A DNA stretch of 23,185 nucleotides from Patescibacteria group bacterium (GCA_040384765.1 JAZKIQ010000006.1:20223-43407), one strand, 5' to 3'. Positions 9,081 to 18,766 are shown, counted from the stretch's first letter. A program made the numbers and translations. Notes: a model not told the origin generated them from the letters alone.

Positions 9081-9392
9081 TTAGTTAATAATCGCCAGAA
9101 TGTTCGTCTCGGATAAGATAAAGTACTCTTTCTCGTCGATCGTCACCTCGTCCGGTCCGTATTTCGTGAAAAGCACCTGATCCCCCACTTTTACAGAAGG
9201 AGGAACGCGTGTGCCATCATCGTTCATCTTTCCGGGTCCCACTGCCACCACCACTCCCTGCTCAGGACGCTCTTTTGAGATCGTGTCTGGAATAAAAATA
9301 CCCGCCTTTGTTTGTGACCCTCGCTCATTAAGAGAGACCGCTTCTACCACTACGCGATCGCCGAGCGGCTGTAATTTGAGTTTATTACTCAT
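9081..9392 (-). CDS. groS: Co-chaperonin GroES
   Basis: LQPLGDRVVV, VVAVGPG and VKVGDQVLF motifs. Confidence 0.99.
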   Translation of the reverse strand: MSNKLKLQPLGDRVVVEAVSLNERGSQTKAGIFIPDTISKERPEQGVVVAVGPGKMNDDGTRVPPSVKVGDQVLFTKYGPDEVTIDEKEYFILSETNILAIIN

Positions 9393-9440
9393 AGCAAAAT
9401 GATTTCTGAAGTGCTCAACTAATAATTTCTGTAATGCCCA

Positions 9441-9469
9441 ATTGTAGAGCCATTTTAGCCCTTAGTCAA
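9441..9469 (-). promoter_or_regulatory. Putative sigma70 promoter of groESL
   Basis: TTGACT-N17-TACAAT, 48 nt upstream of the groES ATG. Confidence 0.8.
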
Positions 9470-9546
9470 CCCCGTTAGAGAACGCCTTGGCAGAGCATTA
9501 TTCATAGCTTTAGGGTTAGAAAAAACCGGCTTTTCTCTAACGGGGT
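9469..9546. repeat. Perfect 14-bp inverted repeat with 50-bp spacer between divergent promoters
   Basis: ACCCCGTTAGAGAA (9469-9482) / TTCTCTAACGGGGT (9533-9546). Confidence 0.8.
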
Positions 9547-9571
9547 CAATAGGCTTTTTGAGCCTTCCATA

Positions 9572-9600
9572 TTGCGCAAAACCATGCTCCGTGATACCAT
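9572..9600 (+). promoter_or_regulatory. Putative promoter for near-leaderless secG
   Basis: TTGCGC-N17-TACCAT with TGn, 8 nt before ATG 9609. Confidence 0.6.
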
Positions 9601-9608
9601 TTTCGCAA

Positions 9609-9842
9609 ATGGAAACTCTCAGAAATATCCTCCCCTATCTTGAGGTGGTATTCGCAATACTCACGGTCACGGGGGTTCTCCTTCAGCAATCCGAGGCAGG
9701 TCTTGGAGGTGCTTTCGGCATGGATGCTGCAGGTACTGGATTCCACACAAAGCGTGGAGCTGAGAAGGTTCTATTTATCGCAACGATAGTTATTGCCGTA
9801 CTGTTTGTAGCCAACTCTGTCACGATTCTCCTCGTTCGCTAG
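9609..9842 (+). CDS. secG: Preprotein translocase subunit SecG, 77 aa
   Basis: Two TM segments flanking VLLQQSEAGLGGAFG and TKRGAEKVL; start reset to ATG 9609. Confidence 0.93.
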   Translation: METLRNILPYLEVVFAILTVTGVLLQQSEAGLGGAFGMDAAGTGFHTKRGAEKVLFIATIVIAVLFVANSVTILLVR

Positions 9843-9843
9843 T

Positions 9844-9969
9844 AAAATCCATAAAATCGGCGACCTGCTTCGTTGCTGCCTCCGCTTGCTCGCGCGCAGT
9901 AGCATTTAACTACAGATTGGTCGCAATGCTCACCAGCGCCTCGCATCTCATCCGATTTGTATGAATTTT
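9844..9969 (+). repeat. Long imperfect palindrome 3' of secG
   Basis: AAAATCCATAAAATCGG pairs with CCGATTTGTATGAATTTT, beginning 1 nt after the stop. Confidence 0.65.
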
Positions 9970-10015
9970 GATTCTAGATTTTCCTAAATTTTCTAGTCCC
10001 TATTCCTCCTCAACA

Positions 10016-11785
10016 ATGTTCGACTCCCTTCGCCGCGCACTGCGCGATTATGCACACGAGATTCTCCGTGCATTCCATCTCCTTTCTTCTCGGAGGAAGC
10101 TTCTCTTTGTCACATTCCTTGCACTGTTCGTGCTCTCTTCGACGGGTCTCATCTGGAAAGTAAACGAGCTTTTTTCTGTTGAAGTGCCGGCCTACGCAGG
10201 CTCTCTTGCGGAAGGGATCGTGGGCGTACCACGGTTTATAAATCCTCTTCTTGCCACCTCGGATGCAGACGAAGACCTCACCGCTCTCGTATACTCCGGC
10301 CTCATGCGAGCGACTGGCAACGGCACCTATCTACCCGACCTCGCAGAGGGCTACGTAGCTTCAGCAGACAACCTTACCTACACCTTCACGCTCCGCGAAG
10401 GACTCACCTGGCACGACGGCAAAGCGGTTACTGCAAGCGACGTGGTGTTTACCATAAAAAAAGCCCAGGACCCGAGCCTCAAAAGCCCGAAGCGCGCCAA
10501 CTGGGAAGGGGTAGCCGTCGAGGCAACAGATGATCGACATGTCACCTTTACCCTCAAGCAGCCGTATGCACTGTTCCTTGAAAATGCGACGATGGGCATT
10601 TTGCCAAGCCATATCTGGGGAGAGCTCGATACTGATGCTTTTACCTACAGCACGAAAAATGCCGAGCCAATCGGAAGCGGGCCGTACAAGCTTGCTCGTA
10701 CCGAGAAAAACGACTCTGGCATACCTACCGTTGCCCACCTCGAATCGTTTAGAAAGTTTGCTCTCGGCCGTCCTTATATCCAAGGGCTCGATATGCACTT
10801 TTATCCAAACGAAGAGGCGCTCATGCTTGCCCGAGAGCGAGGCGAGGTAGAGATGATCGCAACACTTACTCCGGCAACCGCCCGATCACTTGAAGCAAAA
10901 GGGATAGCGGTCCACACAAGCGAAGGTCCGCTCCCACGCACCTTCGGCGTGTTCTGGAATCAAAACAGTGCACGAGTTTTTACCGACGCCACTGTACGGA
11001 AGGCTCTTGAGATCGCCGTGGACAAAAATGCGTTCGTCAAAACCGTACTCGACGGCTACGCACTCCCGCTCGACGGCCCGCTTCCCCGCGGCTCATTTGG
11101 CTATAGCGAAACCCAAGCTGCCGAAACAGGGATCGCAGCCGCCAAAAGTGTCCTTGAGAAAGGGGGCTGGCAGTTTGATGAGACAAAAAAGGTGTACACA
11201 AAAACAACGACCGTAAAATCGGGAGGAAAGCAGACCAAAGAGACCACCGAACTCTCCTTTTCCCTCTCCACTTCAGATGCGCCCGAGCTCAAAGCATCGG
11301 CAGAGTTCCTCGCCTCGGCGTGGCAACAGGTGGGCGCACGCGTAGCGCTCCATATCTATGAGATCGGCGACCTCAACCAGAACGTCATCCGAACTCGCAA
11401 ATATGATGCGCTTCTCTTTGGGGAGATCATCGGGCGAAACCCAGACCTTTTTGCATTTTGGCACTCCTCGCAAAGACAAGACCCAGGCCTCGGCATCGCA
11501 CTCTACGCCAATAGCACGACCGACTCGATCCTTGAAAAAGCTCGCGAGGAGTCTGACCCAGAAAAGCGGCGAGCGCTTCTTGCAGATTTTCAAGAAGAGA
11601 TTCGCAAGGATAGTCCTGCCCTCTTTTTATACGCGCCCTCTTTTATCTACTCGGCACCAGATCGGCTCAAAGGGATGAATCTTGCAGCACTAGGCACCCC
11701 CTCTGACAGATATACCGATAGCTACGAATGGTATGTAGAGACCGACCGAGTATGGAGATGGTTTGCGCCAGATCGAACAGAATAA
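10016..11785 (+). CDS. Family 5 (OppA/DppA-like) extracellular solute-binding protein with N-terminal TM anchor
   Basis: PDLAE...TYTFTLREGLTWHDGKAVTASDVVFT signature, PIGSGPYKL, VRKAL; probable start ATG 10016. Confidence 0.92.
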   Translation: MFDSLRRALRDYAHEILRAFHLLSSRRKLLFVTFLALFVLSSTGLIWKVNELFSVEVPAYAGSLAEGIVGVPRFINPLLATSDADEDLTALVYSGLMRATGNGTYLPDLAEGYVASADNLTYTFTLREGLTWHDGKAVTASDVVFTIKKAQDPSLKSPKRANWEGVAVEATDDRHVTFTLKQPYALFLENATMGILPSHIWGELDTDAFTYSTKNAEPIGSGPYKLARTEKNDSGIPTVAHLESFRKFALGRPYIQGLDMHFYPNEEALMLARERGEVEMIATLTPATARSLEAKGIAVHTSEGPLPRTFGVFWNQNSARVFTDATVRKALEIAVDKNAFVKTVLDGYALPLDGPLPRGSFGYSETQAAETGIAAAKSVLEKGGWQFDETKKVYTKTTTVKSGGKQTKETTELSFSLSTSDAPELKASAEFLASAWQQVGARVALHIYEIGDLNQNVIRTRKYDALLFGEIIGRNPDLFAFWHSSQRQDPGLGIALYANSTTDSILEKAREESDPEKRRALLADFQEEIRKDSPALFLYAPSFIYSAPDRLKGMNLAALGTPSDRYTDSYEWYVETDRVWRWFAPDRTE

Positions 11786-11809
11786 AAACACAAAAACTAA
11801 TTAACAAAC

Positions 11810-11867
11810 CCTAGAGCCTGAATCTTGCAGTTTGAAAAGCTTCAAGTTTCAAGATTCAAGCTTTAGG
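11810..11867 (+). repeat. Hairpin built from degenerate 7-mers
   Basis: CCTAGAGCCTGAATCTTGCAGTTTGAA / TTCAAGT TTCAAGA TTCAAGC TTTAGG, ending 10 nt before the rnj ATG. Confidence 0.7.
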
Positions 11868-11877
11868 AATTAAACAT

Positions 11878-13689
11878 ATGAACACAGAAACACACACACC
11901 ACGAAGAAAAGAGGGACGACCTCACGGAAGACCTCATTCACGCGCACGATCGAGCCCTATGGGCCATGCACCGCAGGGCACTCGTGAGCCGATTCCCGCT
12001 TCCACCGCACCTATCTCGGAGAATATCCGGGTTATTCCGCTTGGCGGCGTAGAGGAGGTAGGCAAGAACATGACGATTGTCGAATACAAAAACGACATCA
12101 TCATCGTTGATATGGGCTTTCAATTTCCTGGTGAAGAGGCACCGGGCGTCGACTATATTATTCCCGACGTGTCGTATCTTATGAACCGCCGCGATCGCAT
12201 TCGCGGAGTGTTCATTACCCACGGCCACCTCGACCACACCGGCGGTATCCCCTACCTCATGGATAGGCTTGGCAACCCACCACTCTACACTCGCGCCCTC
12301 ACCTCGGTGATGATCAAGAAGCGCCAGGAAGAGTTTCCTCACCTTCCAGCCCTCCGACTCGAACTCGTCGAAAAAGACGGGCGCATGAAGCTCGGTGAAC
12401 ACCTCTCCGTGAAGTTTTTCGCGGTAACACACACCATTCCAGATGCGATGGGCGTGATCGTGGAGACGGATATGGGTAACATCATCTTCACCGGAGACCT
12501 CAAGGTAGACCACGACAACGGTGTCCCCCTTCCCCACGAAGAGGAGCTTTTTGCAAAGCTTGGTGCCGACAAAAACCTAATGCTTCTCACCGACTCGACC
12601 AACGTGGAGCGACCAGGCTGGTCGTTTTCTGAGCGCATGGTGCACGAAAACTTGAAGAAAATTATCGCCGAGGCTCCTGGTCGTCTGATCATGGGTACCT
12701 TTGCATCGCTTCTCGAGCGCATCATCTTCGCAATCACCACCGCAGAACAGCTCGGCAAAAAAGTGATCATCGATGGACGCTCGATGAAGACGAACGTAAT
12801 GATTGCAAAGGAGCTTGGCCTTCTCAAATGCCAGCCAACCACGCTCATCCCCGCAGAAGATGTAGACAAATACCCTCCAAACAAGATCCTCATCCTCGCC
12901 ACAGGCGCTCAAGGAGACGAATATGCATCGCTCATGCGCATGGGATACAAGCGACACAAGGTGCTCAAGCTCCAGAAGAGCGACACCGTGCTTCTCTCCT
13001 CTTCGATCGTGCCGGGCAACGAAAAGAACGTGCAGAAGCTCAAAGACAACCTTTCGCGCCAGGGCGCAAAGATCATCCATTTCCGTGTTGCCGATGTGCA
13101 CTCCTCAGGACACGCATATGCCGATGAGATGGTCTGGATCCACAAGATGATCAACCCACGCTACCTGGTGCCAATCCATGGATACCACCACTTCTTGCGC
13201 GTGCACGCAGAGCTTGCTGAAAACGCAGGTATGCCAGCGGCACATATCTTTGTGCCGGACAACGGAAGCATCATCGAGATCTCGGAAGGCGGCTCAAAAG
13301 CGGTAATGCTCAAAGAGAAAGCGTCCGCAGGGATCGTGATGGTAGACGGGCTTGGACTTGGCGACGTGAAGGATGTGGTCATCCGCGACCGCCAGGCCCT
13401 CGCGCAGGACGGCATCTTCGTGATCATCGCCATCATCGATACAAAGACCGGCAAGGTGCGCCAGTCGCCAGACATTATCTCGCGCGGATTTGTGTATCTC
13501 AAAGAAGCACAAAACCTTCTCCGCCAGTCGCGCATGCTTACAAAAAAGACGATCGAGGATACAACAGAAGGTATGCATCCGGTAAACTTCGACTTCGTGA
13601 AGAACAATCTGAGGGAGAAGATGGGAAAATTCTTGTTCCAGCAGACCGCAAAGCGCCCGATCATTTTGCCAGTACTCTTGGAGGTTTAG
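11878..13689 (+). CDS. rnj: Ribonuclease J
   Basis: IPLGGVEEVGKNM, THGHLDH, FTGDLK, VHSSGHA and PDIISRGFVY motifs. Confidence 0.97.
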   Translation: MNTETHTPRRKEGRPHGRPHSRARSSPMGHAPQGTREPIPASTAPISENIRVIPLGGVEEVGKNMTIVEYKNDIIIVDMGFQFPGEEAPGVDYIIPDVSYLMNRRDRIRGVFITHGHLDHTGGIPYLMDRLGNPPLYTRALTSVMIKKRQEEFPHLPALRLELVEKDGRMKLGEHLSVKFFAVTHTIPDAMGVIVETDMGNIIFTGDLKVDHDNGVPLPHEEELFAKLGADKNLMLLTDSTNVERPGWSFSERMVHENLKKIIAEAPGRLIMGTFASLLERIIFAITTAEQLGKKVIIDGRSMKTNVMIAKELGLLKCQPTTLIPAEDVDKYPPNKILILATGAQGDEYASLMRMGYKRHKVLKLQKSDTVLLSSSIVPGNEKNVQKLKDNLSRQGAKIIHFRVADVHSSGHAYADEMVWIHKMINPRYLVPIHGYHHFLRVHAELAENAGMPAAHIFVPDNGSIIEISEGGSKAVMLKEKASAGIVMVDGLGLGDVKDVVIRDRQALAQDGIFVIIAIIDTKTGKVRQSPDIISRGFVYLKEAQNLLRQSRMLTKKTIEDTTEGMHPVNFDFVKNNLREKMGKFLFQQTAKRPIILPVLLEV

Positions 13690-13818
13690 GCGACTCGAAA
13701 TTCAGGTGCTCTTTTGAAAAAGTACGGATATTTTCTTGGTAGAAAATTCCTCGAGTTCGCGCCAGTCGCGCTCACTAGTCTTTTTCAAAAGACACCTTCT
13801 TTCTCGCGACTAAACTCC
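13680..13818 (+). repeat. Branched long hairpin overlapping the rnj stop
   Basis: GGAGGTTTAG/CTAAACTCC and GGTGCTCTTTTGAAAAAG/CTTTTTCAAAAGACACC stems with small apical hairpins. Confidence 0.7.
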
Positions 13819-14048
13819 TAATCTGTCTGACAAAAATCGGGCGTTGCGATCGTGCTTCCACGCCGGTGGAGTGGCAGGCTACAATAATGGACGGGCTAAA
13901 AATTGCACAACGTAGAGTAGCAAAAGAGCCGCAACGATGCGCGTTGTAATTGCGAGCGCTTTATTCGAAGCAAACTGAGCTGCATAAAACAGGACAGCAC
14001 TTCCTCCAAGAAACAAAGCAAGAATGATGATCATGGAAAAAGCTTAAC

Positions 14049-14633
14049 ATGGAAATAACTCGTCCTGAATCAAAACAGCCACTTCCCTCGCACGCAAAAC
14101 GGGTGTGGAAAGGAGGTCTGTTTGAAGTGTACGAATGGGAGCAGGAGCTTTTTGATGGGAGCTTCGAGACGTTTGAAAAGCTCAAGCGGCGCGATACGGT
14201 ATCGGTGATCCCCGTTACAAAGGAAGGTACGATCATCATCAACCTCGAGGAGCAGCCGGGCCACAGCGCACCCTTCTTTACCAACCCTGCAGGCCAGCTC
14301 GAAGAGGGTGAGCAGGTGCTTGCAGGTGCTGCACGCGAGCTCCTTGAAGAGACAGGGTACACGGCGGAAAGCTGGGAGCTGTGGCACTCGCTCCAGCCAG
14401 TAACAAAGATCGACTGGGCGGTATATATCTTGATTGCCAAGGGGTGCGTGAAGGCCCAAGAAGCCACCCCGGACATCGGAGAGAAAATCGAGCTGCGCGA
14501 AGTCACCTTCGAACAGTTCTGCTCTATGGTAGCGACTGGAGTAATTGCCCACGACAACATGCGCATTGCAGTACTAGAAGCGATGGTCTACCCCGAAAAG
14601 ATGATCGAGCTGAGAAAGCTTTTCGGCTTCTAG
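14049..14633 (+). CDS. Nudix hydrolase (ADP-ribose pyrophosphatase-like)
   Basis: Nudix box GQLEEGEQVLAGAARELLEETGY; substrate is inference. Confidence 0.92.
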   Translation: MEITRPESKQPLPSHAKRVWKGGLFEVYEWEQELFDGSFETFEKLKRRDTVSVIPVTKEGTIIINLEEQPGHSAPFFTNPAGQLEEGEQVLAGAARELLEETGYTAESWELWHSLQPVTKIDWAVYILIAKGCVKAQEATPDIGEKIELREVTFEQFCSMVATGVIAHDNMRIAVLEAMVYPEKMIELRKLFGF

Positions 14634-15763
14634 GCACGTTCCAGCGCCATGCCAAATCGAGCGCCGTAGAGCATAAGGAAGGCAAGGGCTACAAATATAC
14701 CGTTCTGACCATAAGATTCGAGCACGAGACCGCCGACAAGCGGAGCAATGAGAAGCGCAAGCGGACGCATGGCACGGAAAATACCGACGAGATTGGCGTC
14801 CTTTGGTTCAATCCCTTTAAAAAAACGGGACTCGCTCATCACCTCAACAGCCGCTGCACCGACTCGGGTCATGAAAAGAAGAAGCGCCCAGGCGACCATA
14901 TTTTTGTCATGTAAAAATACAAGCGAGCCGGTAAAGAGGGCCATCACAAAAAAGCCGACAGCGAGGAGTTCTCCTTCGCCGCGGCGATCTGCATATTTTC
15001 CAAATGGAATCTGAAAGAAGACAAACGGCAGCAACATAAAGCTAAAAATTGCACCGATCTCAGCAAAATCAAAGCCAATCACCTCGTGAAGATAGATAGG
15101 CGTATAGATGACCATCCATGCGTAGAAAAACTCAAGGAGAAAGTTGGCGATCAGCGAGGCGTGCAGATCTCGATTCTGCCATACATGCGAAGCTGCGGCC
15201 CGAATATTATGTTTATCGTATTTTTCGTGAGGAATCTGCTTAAATCGAAGAAACACCACAGCGATTGCAGGCAAGAGGAGAAGAGAAGCGGCAAGGTAGA
15301 CACGGTCGAAGTGAGTCTCCATAAGAAGCATGCCTACGATAAAGGGTGAAACGGCGATGGCAACGTTCTGAATAGTGAGATCATCTGCACGAATCTCACC
15401 TGTCTCCTTTTTCGTTGAATACTGGCGAAGGTATACATCAAGAAGAAAACGCAGCACGACCACAGCTGCGTTCAACCCGATAAAAAGCAGCCCGACTCCC
15501 AGTGGGTTTCCTGCCTGCGAGAGAAAGAGCGCGGAAACAGCAGTAAACACAAGCAAGCAAAGGGTCACCGAATAGCGCCTGAAGCGATTGATAACTGCGG
15601 GGGCAACCGCAAGCGCAGCGATGGCAACAAGAGAACTCAGAGTATAGAGGATACCCGTCGACTCTTCGGGGAAAAACTGGCCAAGAAACGTTGAGTTTAT
15701 ATAGAGAAGAAACGCATAGTGGAGCGTGAGGAAAAACAGGGTGATATGGATGGGAGTACGCAT
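14630..15763 (-). CDS. MFS transporter
   Basis: About 12 hydrophobic segments; motif A-like GKYADRRG; 4-bp convergent overlap with the Nudix gene. Confidence 0.9.
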   Translation of the reverse strand: MRTPIHITLFFLTLHYAFLLYINSTFLGQFFPEESTGILYTLSSLVAIAALAVAPAVINRFRRYSVTLCLLVFTAVSALFLSQAGNPLGVGLLFIGLNAAVVVLRFLLDVYLRQYSTKKETGEIRADDLTIQNVAIAVSPFIVGMLLMETHFDRVYLAASLLLLPAIAVVFLRFKQIPHEKYDKHNIRAAASHVWQNRDLHASLIANFLLEFFYAWMVIYTPIYLHEVIGFDFAEIGAIFSFMLLPFVFFQIPFGKYADRRGEGELLAVGFFVMALFTGSLVFLHDKNMVAWALLLFMTRVGAAAVEVMSESRFFKGIEPKDANLVGIFRAMRPLALLIAPLVGGLVLESYGQNGIFVALAFLMLYGARFGMALERA

Positions 15764-15772
15764 ATTTCTATT

Positions 15773-18721
15773 CTACCGTATCCCCTCCCGAAGCGCGCAG
15801 TATTGGCACTCCGGCGTCTCGCACCGCTTATCCCAAAAGGCCAAACTCTTGATCTGCTCCGCTACCGAGCGAATAAGATCCTCGAGAGTTTTCACATCAT
15901 CGCTCGAAATATCAAAATGTTCGCGATGATAGCGACCTTTTTCGTCAGGCTCGATGAAATCGATATCACCCGACACCATCTCGAGCTCTCCGTCATTGTG
16001 GCGATCGAGGAGCAGCTTATAGAAGCGTAGCTGGCGAAGATAGTCCCCTGTCGCGCTTTTGGTAGCGCCGGCAATCTCATTGCGAGATTTTGGCTTCCCT
16101 GTTTTGTAGTCCACGATATTCACCTTGTTTCCACTATCCAAAAATTCAATCTTATCGATTGCGCCGAGGAGGCGGATCTCTCCATCGAGGATCACATCGG
16201 AAATAAACAGCTCATTTTTACTGTTCGAAAGCCAGCTGCCTTTGTACTGGTCGTAGTAGCCACCAAGCGCCTCTCGCCCCCGCAAAAGCGACTCTTGGTA
16301 GTCAGCCTCGCGAAGGGGCTGCGAAGCCAGATACTTTTCAAACAGGGTCACCAAAGCCACCTTTCCCATATCTTCCCCTTCGCGGTACTTATCAAAAAAG
16401 ATGCGCAAGGAGGCATGCACCGCGATGCCGTACAACATCGCTTTCGACTGAGCTTTTGGCACGCGAATCAGATTTTCATAAAAATAGCGCCAAGGACACG
16501 CGAGATAGGCGTTGAGTGCAGTCGCAGAAATCCCCTGCATAAGGAAAAGCTCGTTTAGGTACTGCTTCTCGTACAACGACGGGGGAAGGTCCTGTGATGG
16601 GCCGTACAAGATCTCCGGTGAAACTGAGGTTTCTGAAACATCGGGAACTACTTCCGTTCTATATCGCTCCTCTATCTCACCAATAAATTGTGAAGGCAGC
16701 TGCGGACGGCCATCCGCACCCTGGCGTGCATACGAAATGGTAATGCGCTTTTTTGCACGAGTAAGAGCTACGTAGAAAAGGCGACGCTCATCTTCATTGC
16801 CATCCTCATCACTCCCCGCAAGTGGCAGGTGAAACTGCTCACGCGTACGCTTGTTGCCCCAGTGTCCGTCATACGCGCCGACGATAAAGACGCACAGAAA
16901 CTCAAGCCCCTTTGCCCGATGTGCGGTCATGAGGCGCACTACCCCCGCACGGCCTGCGGGCTTTTTTGCGAGGGTGAGGCCATGCTCGCGCAGCACGAGC
17001 AGGTGGCGCATAAGAGCGCCGAGATCTGCCTCGCGCTTCGACTCGACAAGCGCCTGCATCTCTGCAAAAAAAGTGCGCACCTTCTCGAGCTTTTCGCGTG
17101 AGTCAGGCGCCGCAAGTATCGAAGCGAGGTAGCCTGATTCGGTCATGATCTCTTCAACCACCTCAAGCAGATTTGCGTTTTTAGACCGCACACGCCACCG
17201 CTTGAGCTTGGCGGCAAACTCCGTAAACTCGGGCACGGCCTGCATCTCCTCGTACAGGTTCTTTTTATCCTTGTGAACCTCGGAAAAAAGCGTGTACACA
17301 GCAAGCGGCGAGAATCCAAGATAATCGAGTGAAAGCGCAGGCAAAAGAACTACGGGGTCTCCATACCCTTCTACTGCGGCGAGCAGAAGCGTGAGCCTGC
17401 GAATATCGATATCCTCGAGCAGGTTCTGATCTGACTCGACGACATACGGAATGCCAAGCTTTGCGAGGAGCCGTGAGTAGAGGCTGGCGTCTCGATTGTT
17501 GCGATAGAGCACGGCGACCTCTTCGGAAGGGGTACCCTCCTCGAGCGCCTTCTCGATGGCGCGAGCGAGCACAAGCGCTTCTGCTTCTCCTGTCTCGCAC
17601 GAAACAATGCTTACCGAAACATCTTCGTGTGGAGCTTTTGCCTCGAGGCGAGTCCGCAGCTCTCCTCCCTCTTTCGCTTTCCCGATCACACTATGCGCAG
17701 AGTCGAGAATGGTCTGCGATGAGCGATAGTTGTCGATGAGGCTAATGAGCTTTGCCTCGGGATAGTGCTTCTGAAATGAGAGGAAGTTGGCAAGAGAGGC
17801 ACCTTGAAAGCGATAGATCGCCTGCTTTTCATCACCTACAATAAATATATTCGGGTTTTCGTGAAAGCTCGCAAGAAGCTCGAGCAAGCGGTTCTGTGAG
17901 TCATTGGCGTCTTGATGCTCGTCCGCAAGAATATACTGATACTCCTCTTGGATCTCCAGGCGAAAATCGTCGCTTGCTTCGAGCGCTCGCACCACTTCGA
18001 GAATCATATCCTCGTAGTCGTAGAGTCGCCGCTCACGCAGCGCCTCTTCGTACGCGCGATACAAGAGCGCAAGCTCTTTATTTTTCTCGATCCGCTTGTG
18101 CGTATCTTGATGCTCGCCTTTCATCTTCCCTTTATGAGCACCTTTTATGTGGTACAGATCGTCACGTGAAGCAAAGGCATCTTCGGCCTCTTTGTTAAGC
18201 AGGTCAAAACGATCGGGTGAAATATTTTCACGCTTGAGGTCGCTGATCGCAGAAAGCGCGCTTTGGGTATAGAAAAGTGGGTCGCCGTACGGCCGGAGGC
18301 GCGAAAGTGGCACGGCAGGCAACAGCTCCTGCATCAGTACAATACGATCGACCGTGGAGACAGACTGTGCGCCAACGATGCGCGGAAACTCTTCGGGAAA
18401 TCGGCTGATAACGGTGTTGCAAAAGCCGTGGAAGGTAAAGATCGGCACGCGATATGCGTCCGAGCCAACGATCTCGAGCAAGCGCTTGCGCATCGCTGCC
18501 ACACCCGCCTCGGTAAAGGTAAGTGCAAGAATCGAGTCCGGAGAGGCATCGGTCTCCTTGAGGATATTGGCGATACGGAGGGTGAGGATCTGGGTCTTCC
18601 CTGTCCCCGGGCCCGCCACCACCATCACGGGCCCCTCGATAGCATCTACAGCCTCCCGCTGCTTGGGATTGAGCTTTTGATACGCTTTTTCGAATGCTTC
18701 TGTCGTCAGAGCCTTTGCCAT
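15773..18721 (-). CDS. UvrD/PcrA-family SF1 helicase fused to a PD-(D/E)XK nuclease with four Cys, 982 aa
   Basis: AGPGTGKT, ADEHQD, GDEKQAIYRFQGA, TAHRAKGLEF, ERRLFYVALTRA; C-terminal ACPWRY...IDKI...IVDYKTG...CETPECQYC; start reset to ATG 18721. Confidence 0.93.
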   Translation of the reverse strand: MAKALTTEAFEKAYQKLNPKQREAVDAIEGPVMVVAGPGTGKTQILTLRIANILKETDASPDSILALTFTEAGVAAMRKRLLEIVGSDAYRVPIFTFHGFCNTVISRFPEEFPRIVGAQSVSTVDRIVLMQELLPAVPLSRLRPYGDPLFYTQSALSAISDLKRENISPDRFDLLNKEAEDAFASRDDLYHIKGAHKGKMKGEHQDTHKRIEKNKELALLYRAYEEALRERRLYDYEDMILEVVRALEASDDFRLEIQEEYQYILADEHQDANDSQNRLLELLASFHENPNIFIVGDEKQAIYRFQGASLANFLSFQKHYPEAKLISLIDNYRSSQTILDSAHSVIGKAKEGGELRTRLEAKAPHEDVSVSIVSCETGEAEALVLARAIEKALEEGTPSEEVAVLYRNNRDASLYSRLLAKLGIPYVVESDQNLLEDIDIRRLTLLLAAVEGYGDPVVLLPALSLDYLGFSPLAVYTLFSEVHKDKKNLYEEMQAVPEFTEFAAKLKRWRVRSKNANLLEVVEEIMTESGYLASILAAPDSREKLEKVRTFFAEMQALVESKREADLGALMRHLLVLREHGLTLAKKPAGRAGVVRLMTAHRAKGLEFLCVFIVGAYDGHWGNKRTREQFHLPLAGSDEDGNEDERRLFYVALTRAKKRITISYARQGADGRPQLPSQFIGEIEERYRTEVVPDVSETSVSPEILYGPSQDLPPSLYEKQYLNELFLMQGISATALNAYLACPWRYFYENLIRVPKAQSKAMLYGIAVHASLRIFFDKYREGEDMGKVALVTLFEKYLASQPLREADYQESLLRGREALGGYYDQYKGSWLSNSKNELFISDVILDGEIRLLGAIDKIEFLDSGNKVNIVDYKTGKPKSRNEIAGATKSATGDYLRQLRFYKLLLDRHNDGELEMVSGDIDFIEPDEKGRYHREHFDISSDDVKTLEDLIRSVAEQIKSLAFWDKRCETPECQYCALREGIR

Positions 18722-18766
18722 TGGAGTGCAGTATACGCGAAGGGGTACTATCCGTACAAAAGAAAA

